From assembly GCF_963921235.1 (NCBI RefSeq), contig NC_086097.1:54500001-54564000 (forward strand): a stretch of DNA of 64,000 nucleotides. Direction: 5' to 3'. The stretch comes from Mobula hypostoma. Lineage: Eukaryota. The notes beneath the pieces were generated by a model, which saw only the letters and a list, made by a program, of their open reading frames with translations, made no database searches and had not been told where the DNA came from. Numbering within the stretch: the stretch's first letter is position 1; every line of letters begins with the position of its first letter. Positions 53,408-64,000 of the stretch are shown in pieces. A program made the translations under genes and the position numbers.

Positions 53408-54025
53408 AGATTAGGTTAGATTAGATTATGAGGACACACAATCCTCTTTTATTGTCATTTAGTAATGCATGCATTTAGAAATGATACAATATTCCTCTGG
53501 AGTGATATCACAGAAACACAAGACAGACCAAGACTGGAAAAACTGACAAAAACCACATAATTATAACATATATTTACAACAGTGCAAGCAATACAGTAAC
53601 TTGATGAAGAACAGGCCATGGGCGGGGTAAAAAAAAGTTCAAAGTCTCTCGAAAGTCCTACATCTCACGCAGATGGGAGAAGGAAGAAAACTCTCCCTGC
53701 CATTCCCGACCACAGTCCGACTCTGAGTCGTCCGAAAATTTCGAGCCTCCGACCAGCCCTCACACAGAGCGCTTCGACTCCAGCCCTGACCGCCAGCAGC
53801 AGGCAAAGCTGAGGATTTGGGGCCTTCCCTCCAGAGATTCTCGATTGCACAGTAGCAGCGGCAGCGAACCGGGCATTTCGGAGGTTTCTCCAGATGTTCC
53901 TCCGTGCTTCTCACGGCTGTCTCCATCAAATCAGAATTGTGCACGGCCCCTATTTAACAAATACAATATCATTTCACCTGAGAGGCTACGCGCGTTGCGT
54001 CGCGCCGTCATCTTCTCCTCCTGCC
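53408..54025 (-). mobile_element. About 600-bp non-coding repeat family, copy 3, with (aatct)n tail
   Basis: Reverse complement aligns with 2610-3229; tail reads cataatctaatctaacctaatct. Confidence 0.85.
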
Positions 54026-56139
54026 ATCATTATTGAATGAAATGAAAGAATTACATACTGTGCACAGAGTTGCAATATAGATTACTGTAGATAATAGAAA
54101 TTTCGGAGTTTAGAAAAAAATTGCCTAAGGGAATGGAATCTTTACATAGCCCAATGACTGCTTGTATTTAGCTGTCAACTAATTTCACTGAAGCAGATTG
54201 GCTTGCTAGTTTATTCTCTTATTAAACTGTTCATGTTATTTCCCTGCATTATGAAAGTGAATAAAAAAATATTTAATCATCTATAGGGTGCTTTGTGGTA
54301 TCCAATTAAATATGTTCTTTGAGTTATCAAAAGGTAGAATAAGAAAACAAAGCTACAGCACTGAAGTGCAGGCCGTGATGAGTGTGCAGGCCTTTTAAAA
54401 TCTATGATAAACAGTCAAGCAATGTATTGGCTTACATGAGTATTTAATGTCACTGCTGTCAAGTTCTAATTACAGCTGACATTCAAGCTTTGAAATGTTT
54501 TCAATGTAAGCTAAAAATTGTCTGTCATATGTTTCAGTAGAATATCTTGCTAGGAGATATCAGTGAATGCATAATGAATGGTGCATGTCTAGCTGACTGA
54601 TTATTAATTAATAATATTGTAAGGGATGAGAGATTTTCCAATATGTTGGCTGCTTTGCCAACTTAATAAAGATGGCCATGAATAGATAACAGCCTCAAAT
54701 TAGGTGACTTGTATTTTTACACAAAGCATCAATGTTTAAACGTGCATCTCCTACATTTATCTTTGAAACTGATTATCCTGTTGGATTGCTAATTAAACCA
54801 CATAAACTAATTATTTAATGTGAGTAACATCTTACAAGCTTTCCAGATGCTTTTCTTTATTGTCTGATTGGCCTTTTTTTTTACTCTCTTCTTGTGGGAA
54901 ATATATATGATGCATAAAACATCTTAGTTTTATGGGGACAGTTTGGATAAGCATAAGAATCCTTCAGAATTTGAAATTTGAAGAACAGTGACCAAGTAAT
55001 TCCAACTCTGTTCTCTGTGTACGTGGCTGAATCTTTGAATATTCTATCTGTTGGTTCCTTGCCTCTTGATCTATTGCAATTGACTTTTCCAGATCACAGC
55101 TCAGATTGTGACTGCCCCTTTATTCTGTGAACAGTTCGTAAAGTTCTTTAGCATATTTTTTAACAGTTCGTAAAATTCACATCATTCAAGAGAATTCAAG
55201 GCACAAATTTTGCACCTAACCAATACTTTTATCAGTTGTTTGATTCATTTATTCATCTTTATTATTCTGTATACTTAAAGAAACATTTCTATTCCCTTGT
55301 CAAGGTAACCGATATTAACCCCTCTATTTATTATGTCCGTACACCCAAGAGTTCTACATTGAATACGATATTTACATGTTCTATACATTATTTGATGGCC
55401 AAAATGACAAGATTACACCCAATGGACAAATTTATTTACTTGCTTTATTTGAGTTTTCATTCTAAGAAATTTTTCAAAGGTATGTTTATTTCAATTGCAA
55501 TTTTGCTATTGATATATTTGATACATTATTGTTGATTTATCTTTTTCCTGTAACGGTTCATATCTGAGATCATTTCCAATTTCTTCCATGCATATTGACT
55601 GCCTCTTGGACTTTTGACATGTTGCCTCTGACGTGTTATTTCCTTGTTGCAAGCAGTTAGATACTAGATGGGAATCTGGGACGTAGTATGAAAAGATGAT
55701 GGAGCCAAAATCCCTGAAGACATTTGTAAAGTATCTGAAGAAATTCTTGAAGTATGAACTGGGATGTGGGAATTCTTAACCTCCAGGCAAAAATTTTTAA
55801 TGTCGAAATTGAGTTTAGTCTGCAATAATTTATTGAAATATATTGCACTTAATTAACCACTGAATAACTCAAAGTATTAAATGCTTGAGCCTTCACACAT
55901 TTCTTGAAGTCCAGTGTATGCATCTGTTAAAAAGACTGCCTGTAATGTAAAATGATGGAGAAAGTAAGTTATTAGTTTCCACCAAACAGCTTTTGATGTA
56001 GCTTAGAACTTGTATATGGGACATTTCTACAAAATGATTTGTGTTCTATTCGTTCTTTTAATGTGGGTTTCGTTAACATTGCCACGGATAGAAGAAAGAT
56101 CACTATGCTATGATACTTTTATAATGCTATAGTGACATA

Positions 56140-57792
56140 GAGGACAGCAGAGCTTTGCTTCTAGGTGAGCTCAATGCCTTCTATGCTCGCTTTGACCACC
56201 AGAATAGGGAGGAACCATTGTGCACCCTCACGTCTCCCAATGATACTTTGGTCTCAGTATCTGAAGATGATGTGCGGGCTGCCTTCAAGAGAGTGAATCC
56301 AAGGAAAGCATCCATTCTGGACGGAAGACCTGTGCCGACCAAATGGCTCCGGCAGTGTACGGTATCCACCTGTTGCAAGCAAGCTTCAATCGTACTGCTG
56401 CTCAAGAAGAGCATGGTAACCTGTCTAAATGACTATTGCCCAGTGGCACTTAACATTCACAGTGATGAAATGTTTTGAGAGGCTGGTGTTGAAGCATATC
56501 AGTTCCTGTCTGAATGGTGACTTGGATCCACTCCAATTCACCTGCCAAAGCAACAGGTCTACAGCAGATGCTATCTCATTGGCTCTTCACACAACTCTGG
56601 AACATCTGGACAATGAAGATGCATACATCAGGATGTTCTTTGTTGATTGCTCTCGGCACTTAACACCATCACCCGTCAAAACTAATCAGTAACTCCAAGA
56701 CCTGGGCCTCAAGCCACCTTGTGCAATTCATTCCTGAATTTTCTGACTTGTAGACCACAGTAAGTTCACATTGGCAAAGTCATTTTCTCCACGATCTTCA
56801 TCAGCATTGGAGTGCCACAGGGATATGTACTTAGCTCCCTGCTGTACTTGCTTTATGACTGTGTGGCTAAGTACACCTCCAACACCAGGTACAAGTTTTG
56901 CTGACGATACTACTGTTGGGGGCTGTACCAAAGGTGGTGATGAATCAGCATCCAGGAGGGAGATTGAAAACTTAGCTGAATGATGTAATAACAACAACCT
57001 TTCACTCGATGTCAGTAAGACCAAGGAACTGATGATAGACGTCAGGAAAGGGAAACCAGAACTCCATGAGTCTGTAATCATCAGAGGTGGAGAGGATCAA
57101 TAATTTTAAATTCTTGGGTATCACTATCTCAGCACCTGTGCTGGGTCCATCATATAAATACTATTGCAAAGAAATCATGACAGCACCTCTACTTCCTCAG
57201 GAGTCTGCGGAGGTTCAGCATGTCATTGAAAATCTTGGCAAGCTTCTATAGATATATGGTGGAAAGTGTGCTGACTGCGTGAAGTATGGGCTGGTATGGG
57301 AACACCAATGACTTTGAGCGGAAAATCCTACAAAAGGTATTGGATTCAGCCCAGTACATCATGGGTAAAACCCTCCCAACCATTGAGCACATCTATGTGA
57401 AAGGTTGTCGTAGAAAAGCAGTATTCATCATCAAAGATCCTCACTACCCAGGCAATGCTCTTTTCTCACTGCTGCCATGAGGTAGAAGATACAGGTGCCT
57501 CAGGACTCACACCACCAGGGTCAAGAACAGTTACCACCCATCAACCATTAGGGTCTTGAACAAATGAGGTTAGCTGCATTCATTTAAGGTCTCTGTTATA
57601 TTGTTGTTTCATGCTCATTATTTATTGCTATTTATTCATAGCAGTATTTGCAGAGTTTGTTTACGGTATAGTTGATGCTTACAGATTACAGTTACTGTTC
57701 TACAGATTTGCTAAGTCTGCCCATAGAAAAAGAAATTTAGGGTTGCGTGTGGTGACATGTATGTACTATGATAATATATTTTACTTTGAACG
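56140..57792 (+). mobile_element. Decayed Rex1/Babar element
   Basis: [41 protein letters not shown] and the 3' tail. Confidence 0.88.
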
Positions 57793-59131
57793 TAAATGGA
57801 CAAATATGGAGTGAATATGATGAATATGGATAAATATGAGATTCACATTTTACGGGGGATTGGTGTTGGGGTCAGAATAGAATGGAAGATGGGAGATGAA
57901 AATATATAAATTATAACTTTTTAAATAGCAAATATGTCCAATGAAGTGGAAGAACTGAAATTTTGAGATACAGATACATACCTTTAAAAGTGGAATAGTG
58001 AGTGATAACTATCCAAATGTTGCAATGAATATTAAACAGCAAGTATAAATTTAAACTTAAGCTAAATCATTGTTCTGTGTACTCAATTATAAAAAATATT
58101 GGTGTATTATAAATTCTCTGAGAAATTACTCAGCATAATTTGTAATTGATTTGAGTGACTGGTCTGTGCTTAGTATGGACTTGATTAAGGGAGGGAGGAA
58201 GACTGTTCAAATGTTTGAGCTATTCAGGATGAAGAGGATATTAGTGAATCATTTAAAAAAACAAAGAAATGGTCAATGTATGAAGCAGATTTCATTTTTT
58301 GTACAGCAAGTGTGCTATATTGAAGAAATAATTAGAATATGTTTAATTTTTTTTGTTCAAAAAGAACGAGGAAATGCAATTAGAGTAGTCCTGAGCTCCT
58401 TTAAGGTTACAGTTTCTAAAAAAGATATTTCTCTTGCTTTTAACTTTATTTTTGGTCACTGTTGACTCTTGTGCTTCATATCCCCAGCCAATATTTGAAA
58501 CAAGTTTTATATGATCTTAAAATTTATTTTAATTCCTTGTTATTTGTCTTTAATTTGTCCTGAGAGAGAATTTTCTCACCCAAATTCTTAGTATATTTCT
58601 ATGCCAAAATTTAGTCTCACGACGTACAATATATCTATATGTTTACATGTCACTGTTTTTCTGCATTTCAGTCTGTTATCTACCCTGAGGTCTTTGACTG
58701 TTTCTTACTTGTATCTGGCTGCCACTCTTGCCTTTATTCTCTTCCCAGATGTCCCTATCTCTCTCTTTTCTGAATGTCTGAATACAATCCTCTGTTGCTC
58801 ATTCTTGTTATGCAAGTCTTCCTCTTACAGTGCTCTCATTATGATTATCATTTGTATTAATCTCATTCTCACTCATTTTAATTATTCTCTGTCTCCTCTC
58901 TTCCTCTTGTATGGTCAGTCAATGATTGTTTAAAACCCTTGATGGGAATTTGTGCAAATATGTCTGCTGTAAAGTTCTGTGATCTGAGGTTTATAAGCAA
59001 TGTGAATTCAGTCATGCTTTAGAACTAAGTTTTGCCTTAGTTTTCAAAGATGTTTATAGAACACTTGGAAGTCATTTCTTTTATCAGTGCCAGTGCCATT
59101 CCTTGTAATATTTGACTCTTCTATTTTACAG

Positions 59132-59217
59132 TTTGTACACAACTACTCGTATCCAGACCAGATGAAGAAAACATAAGTTCTTACCTGCAACTCATTGACA
59201 AATGTGTAGCTCATGAG
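59132..59217 (+). CDS. SAMD4A: Smaug homolog exon: (V)[28 protein letters not shown] (absent from the ORF track)
   Basis: Acceptor ctattttacag|TT completes GTT (Val) with the preceding exon's final G; donor GAG|gtgaga; translated by hand. Confidence 0.95.
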
Positions 59218-61292
59218 GTGAGAATAATTGTTTTAAAAGAACAACTTAAACAATCTGTTCAATTTAATCTATTTGGAAAAACCTGTTTACAAATTTACTG
59301 TCAACTCATTCACTTCTCGTAATTGAAATAATTTTGGGGCTAGGTATTTTCTTGTACTTTACTGTCATATGCATCTAACATTAATACCAGGGAGGAAGAG
59401 TGAACTATATATTGAAGAAAACATCATTTTTTTAACATTTTTATTATTTTTTAATGTGTTGCTCCAAGATTACCCAGTTACTTTATTTAGTAGCTTTTAA
59501 GCATTTTAAGTTTATCCTTGTATCCAGGACCATCAACAATAGGAATCAACTGCTTGGCTCTTTTCTGAGGAGTTTCTATCATCATGCTTTCTAACTCTCT
59601 ATTCTTGAAAGTTGAATGGGTGGCCTCAGTTATATTGACAATAAGGAATTAGTCAATTGACCATGAAAATCTGTCACAAACTTTATTGTCTTGGCTGAAT
59701 AGTTAAATGATTTTTTTTTGGGGTGGGGGGGATAAAAACTTCTGGATAACAAAAAAAATTGACTTGATGAATTGAACCACTATACAGAGCCTGAGACTGA
59801 AATAGCTGTAAAAGGTAATTAATTTCAAATAAGGTTGCCAGTGAAATTTTTGTATGTCTTTATAGTATTTTTTAAACTTCCGATTTAGAGACAACTAAAT
59901 TGCTAATTAGTTACACTTGAAGAACTTTGTATAATTATTTGTATTAAATAAATTTTAGAATGTCTTAAAGAATAGCTAGAGAATTCATTAAAGGAAAAAA
60001 AAACAATGTAAATGTAAGCTAGTTAAAAACCATTAAACTAATTATACTATGCATTAGATGAGGAGAATTGCAGATTTCAACATTAGTTACTCACGAATTG
60101 AGAGAATGGGGAATTAATAATAGGATGACAGAAAAAGCAAAGACATTAAATATATGCTATATGCATCTTCACAACAGAAGACAATAAAAGGTCACCAAAA
60201 ATAGATAACCAGGAGCCAAAAGAGAGTTTAATATCACTGGGGGGGGGGGGAAGCTACAACAAAAATTAATAGGAATGAAAGCAGATTTTATGATTTGCAA
60301 CCTTTGATTTTATAAGAGGTGGGTGCAAATACAGTTGGTCATCTAATAGTATTCCCTGCTCCATGGAATGCATTTTGGAAAACCACAAGTATAACACCAC
60401 TATTCAGGAAAGGAGGAGGCGAGAAAATAAGGAACTGCAAGCTAGTTAGCCTAACATCAGATGTTGGTAACATTCTGGAACCATTATTGAGTAGATAACA
60501 AAGCATGTAGAAAAGCATTACATACATAGACTGAATGTGCTTAGCTTTTATGAAAAGGCAAACAAGCTTAACGTCTATTTGAATTTTCTGGTGATAAAAA
60601 TTGGTAGGATAGGTAAAAGTGAGCCAATTAATGTTGTATATATGGATTTTCCAAATGACATTCAATAATAAGCTACATAAAAGGCAACCGCACTTTAGGG
60701 CTTAATTTTATAAAAGTAAACAGTTGACATTTTAGATTTCTGTCCTGAAGAAGGGTCTCAGCCTAAAACGTTGACTGTTTACTCTTTTCCATAGATGCTG
60801 CCTGACCTGGTGAATTACTCCAGCATTTTGTGCCTGTTGCTTTAGATTCTCAGCATCTGCAGATTTTCTTGTATTTGAGTTATAACTAGTGGCTTGGCTC
60901 AGAGATCATTGTTGAAGCATCAGCTACTTTCAATCCTATTAATGACTTAGCATGAGGGAATCAAGTACATGCTATCTGAGTTTGCTGATGATACAAACTT
61001 TAAAGTATGTTCTGTGCTTGCAAAGGGATATAGACAGGTTATGTCAGTGGAAAAAAAAGAGGATTGCAGATCAAATATTATGATGTGAAATATGAGATTA
61101 TCCACTTTAGTAAGAAGAATGGAAAAACAGTCAAAAGTATCTGGATGTCCTAATGCAAGACTCACAAACTTAGCAAGTAAATAATTAAGACCAAAAGAAT
61201 GCTGGCCTGCATTCCACAAAAGTTGGAGCATAAAAGTAAGGACATTTATTCCATTCTTCCACGGCTTTGGAGAGACAACAACTGCTAAGCAG

Positions 61293-61543
61293 CAAACACA
61301 AGGAAATCTGCAGATGCTGGAAGTTCAAGCAACACACATCAAAGTTGCTGGTGAACGCAGCAGGCCAGGCAGCATCTCTAGGAAGAGGTGCAGTCGACGT
61401 TTCGGGCGGAGACCCTTCATCAGGACTAACTGAAAGAAGACCTTTCAGTTAGTCCTGACAAAGGGTCTCCGCCCGAAACGCCGACTTTACCGCTTCCTAG
61501 AGATGCTGCCTGGCCTGCTGTGTTCACCAGCAACTTTGATGTG
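61293..61543. mobile_element. 251-bp fold-back Penelope-terminus element with two opposed hammerhead motifs
   Basis: 13-bp TSD aactgctaagcag (61280-61292, 61544-61556); 102-bp inverted arms 61335-61436 and 61442-61543 around a 5-nt loop. Confidence 0.92.
61391..61428 (-). ncRNA. Minimal type I hammerhead ribozyme motif (Penelope-type), core intact
   Basis: Minus strand reads uaguc CUGAUGA a gggu-cucc-gccc GAA ACGU C gacug: stem I uaguc/gacug, stem II hairpin, palindromic ACGU in place of stem III. Confidence 0.78.
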
Positions 61544-62315
61544 AACTGCTAAGCAGTTTTGGCTTCCTCATTTATGGATATGCATGCTATCAACATGATA
61601 CAGCAAAAATTTACCTGCTTAATTACTGGGATGAGGGGTATCTGTAATATGTGAAGGTTGATCAGAACAAATTTTCAACAGGAGCCATGATCTCATTGAA
61701 ATGGGTAAGAGACTAACGGGGTTTGGCTTGATAATTTGCTGTGATACTGCCTCTCAGAACAAGGGGGTCAATCAATAAGTAGTGAGTTAAGGAGGACTTT
61801 CCTCTTTGGTTTTTTTTTTACCATGGAGAGCTGTAAATGCCGTGTTGCTAAATGTGTTCCAGGCTGAAATATATTTTGGGCTGTAAAGGCATCAATGGTA
61901 TGTAGTTTGGGAAGAAATATGGAACCAAGGCCACAGATCAAATAAGCCACAGTTCTATTTACTAGCAAAGCAGACTCAGGAAGCAGTATAACCTCTTCCT
62001 GCTGGACTTTGTTACCTTGTTATCAAAGTATTTAAGCATTGCTTATGCAACCTTTTCAATCATGATACTGCTCTGTTTGTACTGGAGTTGCTTCTGAAAT
62101 AGTTTCCTCTTTGACGGAAGCAAACTGCTTAGTTTTAGTGTGAATACTTTGAAGTTTCAAAATTCTTGCATTTGCAAGTAAAAGCCTGATAATTTCTTCT
62201 GAATCCCACTGTAAAATATTTTTGATGGAGCTCCTAAGTTACCATTTAAATAGGAAATAAATAGCCTCATTTTGGAGCAGTTAAATCTGTGTTAATAGAG
62301 CAGTACTAACAAGTG

Positions 62316-62651
62316 TTGGCACGTGGCCAAGTGGTTAAGGCGTTCGTCTCGTGATTTGAAAGTCGCTAGTTCGAGCCTTGGCTGAGGCAACGTGTGTGTC
62401 CTTGAGCAAGGCACTTAACCACATATTGCTCTGCGACAACACCGGTGCCAAGCTGTATGGGTCCTAATGCCCTTCCCTTGGACAACATCAGTGTCGTGGC
62501 GAGGGGAGACTTACAACAAGGGCAACTGCTGGTCTTCCAAACAACCTTGCCCATGTTGCAAGTCTCCCCTCTCCATGCCACTGCCACCCTTGTTGTCCAA
62601 GGGAAGGGCATTCCATGGTCTCATGAGACTAACGGATGCCTATTATTATTA
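62316..62651 (+). mobile_element. tRNA-derived SINE with CORE-like domain, internal inverted duplication and (tat)n tail
   Basis: A-box tggccaagtgg, B-box agttcgagcc, gtgtccttgagcaaggcacttaac; 8-bp TSD aacaagtg (62308-62315, 62652-62659). Confidence 0.82.
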
Positions 62652-62679
62652 AACAAGTGATCATAACTCAGTTAGTGTG

Positions 62680-64000
62680 GGTGGAAGTCTAGTACTGGAT
62701 GATGAACATGGTCAGGCACCTGGTCTCAGCGAGTGAGTATTTTTGACATAGTTATCACAACTCCCTAATCTTTAGCATCAGTATGTAAAAGGATAGGCAC
62801 AGACGATATGAGCAAGTATTTAACTGAGAGGGCTAATGACGATGGTATTAGGCAGGAACTTGGGAGCATAAACTGGGAACAGATGTTCTCAGGGAAATGC
62901 ACAGCTGAAATGTGAAGGTTGTTTAGGGACATCTTCATGGGGTTCTATTTAGATTTGTCCCATTGAGAACAGGGAGAGGATAGTAGAGTAAAGGGACCAT
63001 GGTTGACAAGAGGTGGAACATTTAGTCAACAGGAGGAAAGTGTAATGAAAGTTTTGAAAACGAAGTCAGACAGTGCTGTTCAGAATTATAAGGTACCCAG
63101 GGAAGGGCTTAAAAAGGGACTTAAGAGAGCTAGAAGGGGACATGAGAAGGTTTTATCAAGTAGGACTAAGGAAAACCCCAAGGTTTTCTACACATATATG
63201 AAGAACAGGAGATGACGAGAGTAAGGTTAGGGCTTATGAGCAATAATGGGGATATGTGCCTGATGGTGAAGGAGGTAGGGGGAGGTCCTTAATGCATACC
63301 TTTCTTCAGTGTTTACCAATGAGAGGTACTTTGACAAATGTGAGTTAATACAGAATAGGGTACTGTCTTGGAGCATGTTGAGGTTAAGAAATTTTTGGAG
63401 GTCTTGAAAAAAATTAGAATAATTAAGTCCCTAGGGCTGAATGGAGTATACCTTAGGTTGCTACGTGAAGCGAGGGTCAAGATTGCTGGGATATTGGCAA
63501 TAATACTTGAATCCTGTCTTCCCACTGGAATAGTGCAAGGATTGGAGGATTACAAATGTGTTCTGTTATTCAAGAAAGGCAATGGGGAAAATTCTGGGAA
63601 TTATTGACCAACGAGTCTATTCAGTGGTGGGCAAGCTATTGGTGAGCATTCTTAAGGACAGGATTTACGAACATTTGGAGAAGTGTAATCTTATTAGGAT
63701 AGTCAGTGTGACTTTATGATGGGCAGGTTGTGCCTTTCAAGCCTAACTGAGGAAGTGACAAAACAAATTGATAGAGATAGAGTGGTGGATGTGGTATGCA
63801 TGTATTTTCGTAAGCATTTGACAAGTTCCCTTTGACAGCTGCATCCATAAAGACAGGAGGCATGGGATCAATGGGATGGAAACTTGGTTGTCTGGATTCC
63901 AAATTACTTTGTTCACAAAGCTGGAGGGTGGTGGTAGATGGTGGGTATTGTACCAGTAGGTCAGTGACTAGTGGTGTTCCACAGGGATCTGTTCTGGGAC
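62680..64000 (+). mobile_element. Decayed CR1 ORF2 fragment running off the window end
   Basis: Colinear with 6180-7460 (KENPKVFYTYMKNRR; ends ggtgttccacagggatctgttctggga). Confidence 0.9.

Larger units (their letters stand above)
24893..59217 (+). other. SAMD4A: Span of four internal coding exons of a Smaug homolog (SAMD4A-like); gene extends beyond both window ends
   Basis: Exons of 110, 87, 304 and 86 nt with GT-AG introns of 22368, 3593 and 7777 nt join in one reading frame. The spliced peptide matches recalled vertebrate SAMD4A ([14 protein letters not shown]...TKGARHKI...[10 protein letters not shown]...[40 protein letters not shown]). Confidence 0.93.
60060..62020 (+). mobile_element. 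Very old CR1 remnant carrying two Penelope-terminus insertions (about 60740-60878 and 61293-61543)
   Basis: Traces of PLFRKGG, SLTSDVG, MDFPN and FADDT motifs in CR1 order. Confidence 0.7.

Noticed and set aside
24893..59217. Smaug recognition element (CNGG loop) autoregulatory hairpins in the exons
   Set aside because: CTGG occurrences lack convincing closing stems.
62316..62390. tRNA gene
   Set aside because: A and B boxes continue into a SINE body with tail and TSD; no convincing acceptor stem. The same applies to 15988, 43092 and 11290-11356.
1..64000. CRISPR array, operon or other prokaryotic system
   Set aside because: No regularly spaced repeats or dense ORFs; the sequence is vertebrate intron DNA.

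Overview
Eukaryotic (vertebrate) genomic DNA. The repeat complement (esterase-bearing CR1, Rex1/Babar, Penelope-like elements, V-SINE/HE1-like SINEs) suggests a cartilaginous fish; this is inference, not shown. The whole window lies inside one + strand gene, a Smaug homolog most like SAMD4A. Four GT-AG coding exons (24893-25002, 47371-47457, 51051-51354, 59132-59217) splice in frame and encode the RNA-binding SAM domain and the region after it. The rest is intron, filled mostly with decayed and often nested transposons: CR1, Rex1/Babar, a young 5'-truncated L1, RTE, Penelope-like elements, a full-length Tc1, Tigger fossils and several SINE families. The most interesting structure is a family of very short (86-251 bp), TSD-flanked, non-coding insertions derived from Penelope terminal repeats. 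They are often fold-back palindromes and carry minimal hammerhead-ribozyme motifs. The only copy with an intact core is antisense to the host gene; every sense copy is damaged. Most entries in the ORF track are TE fragments or spurious.
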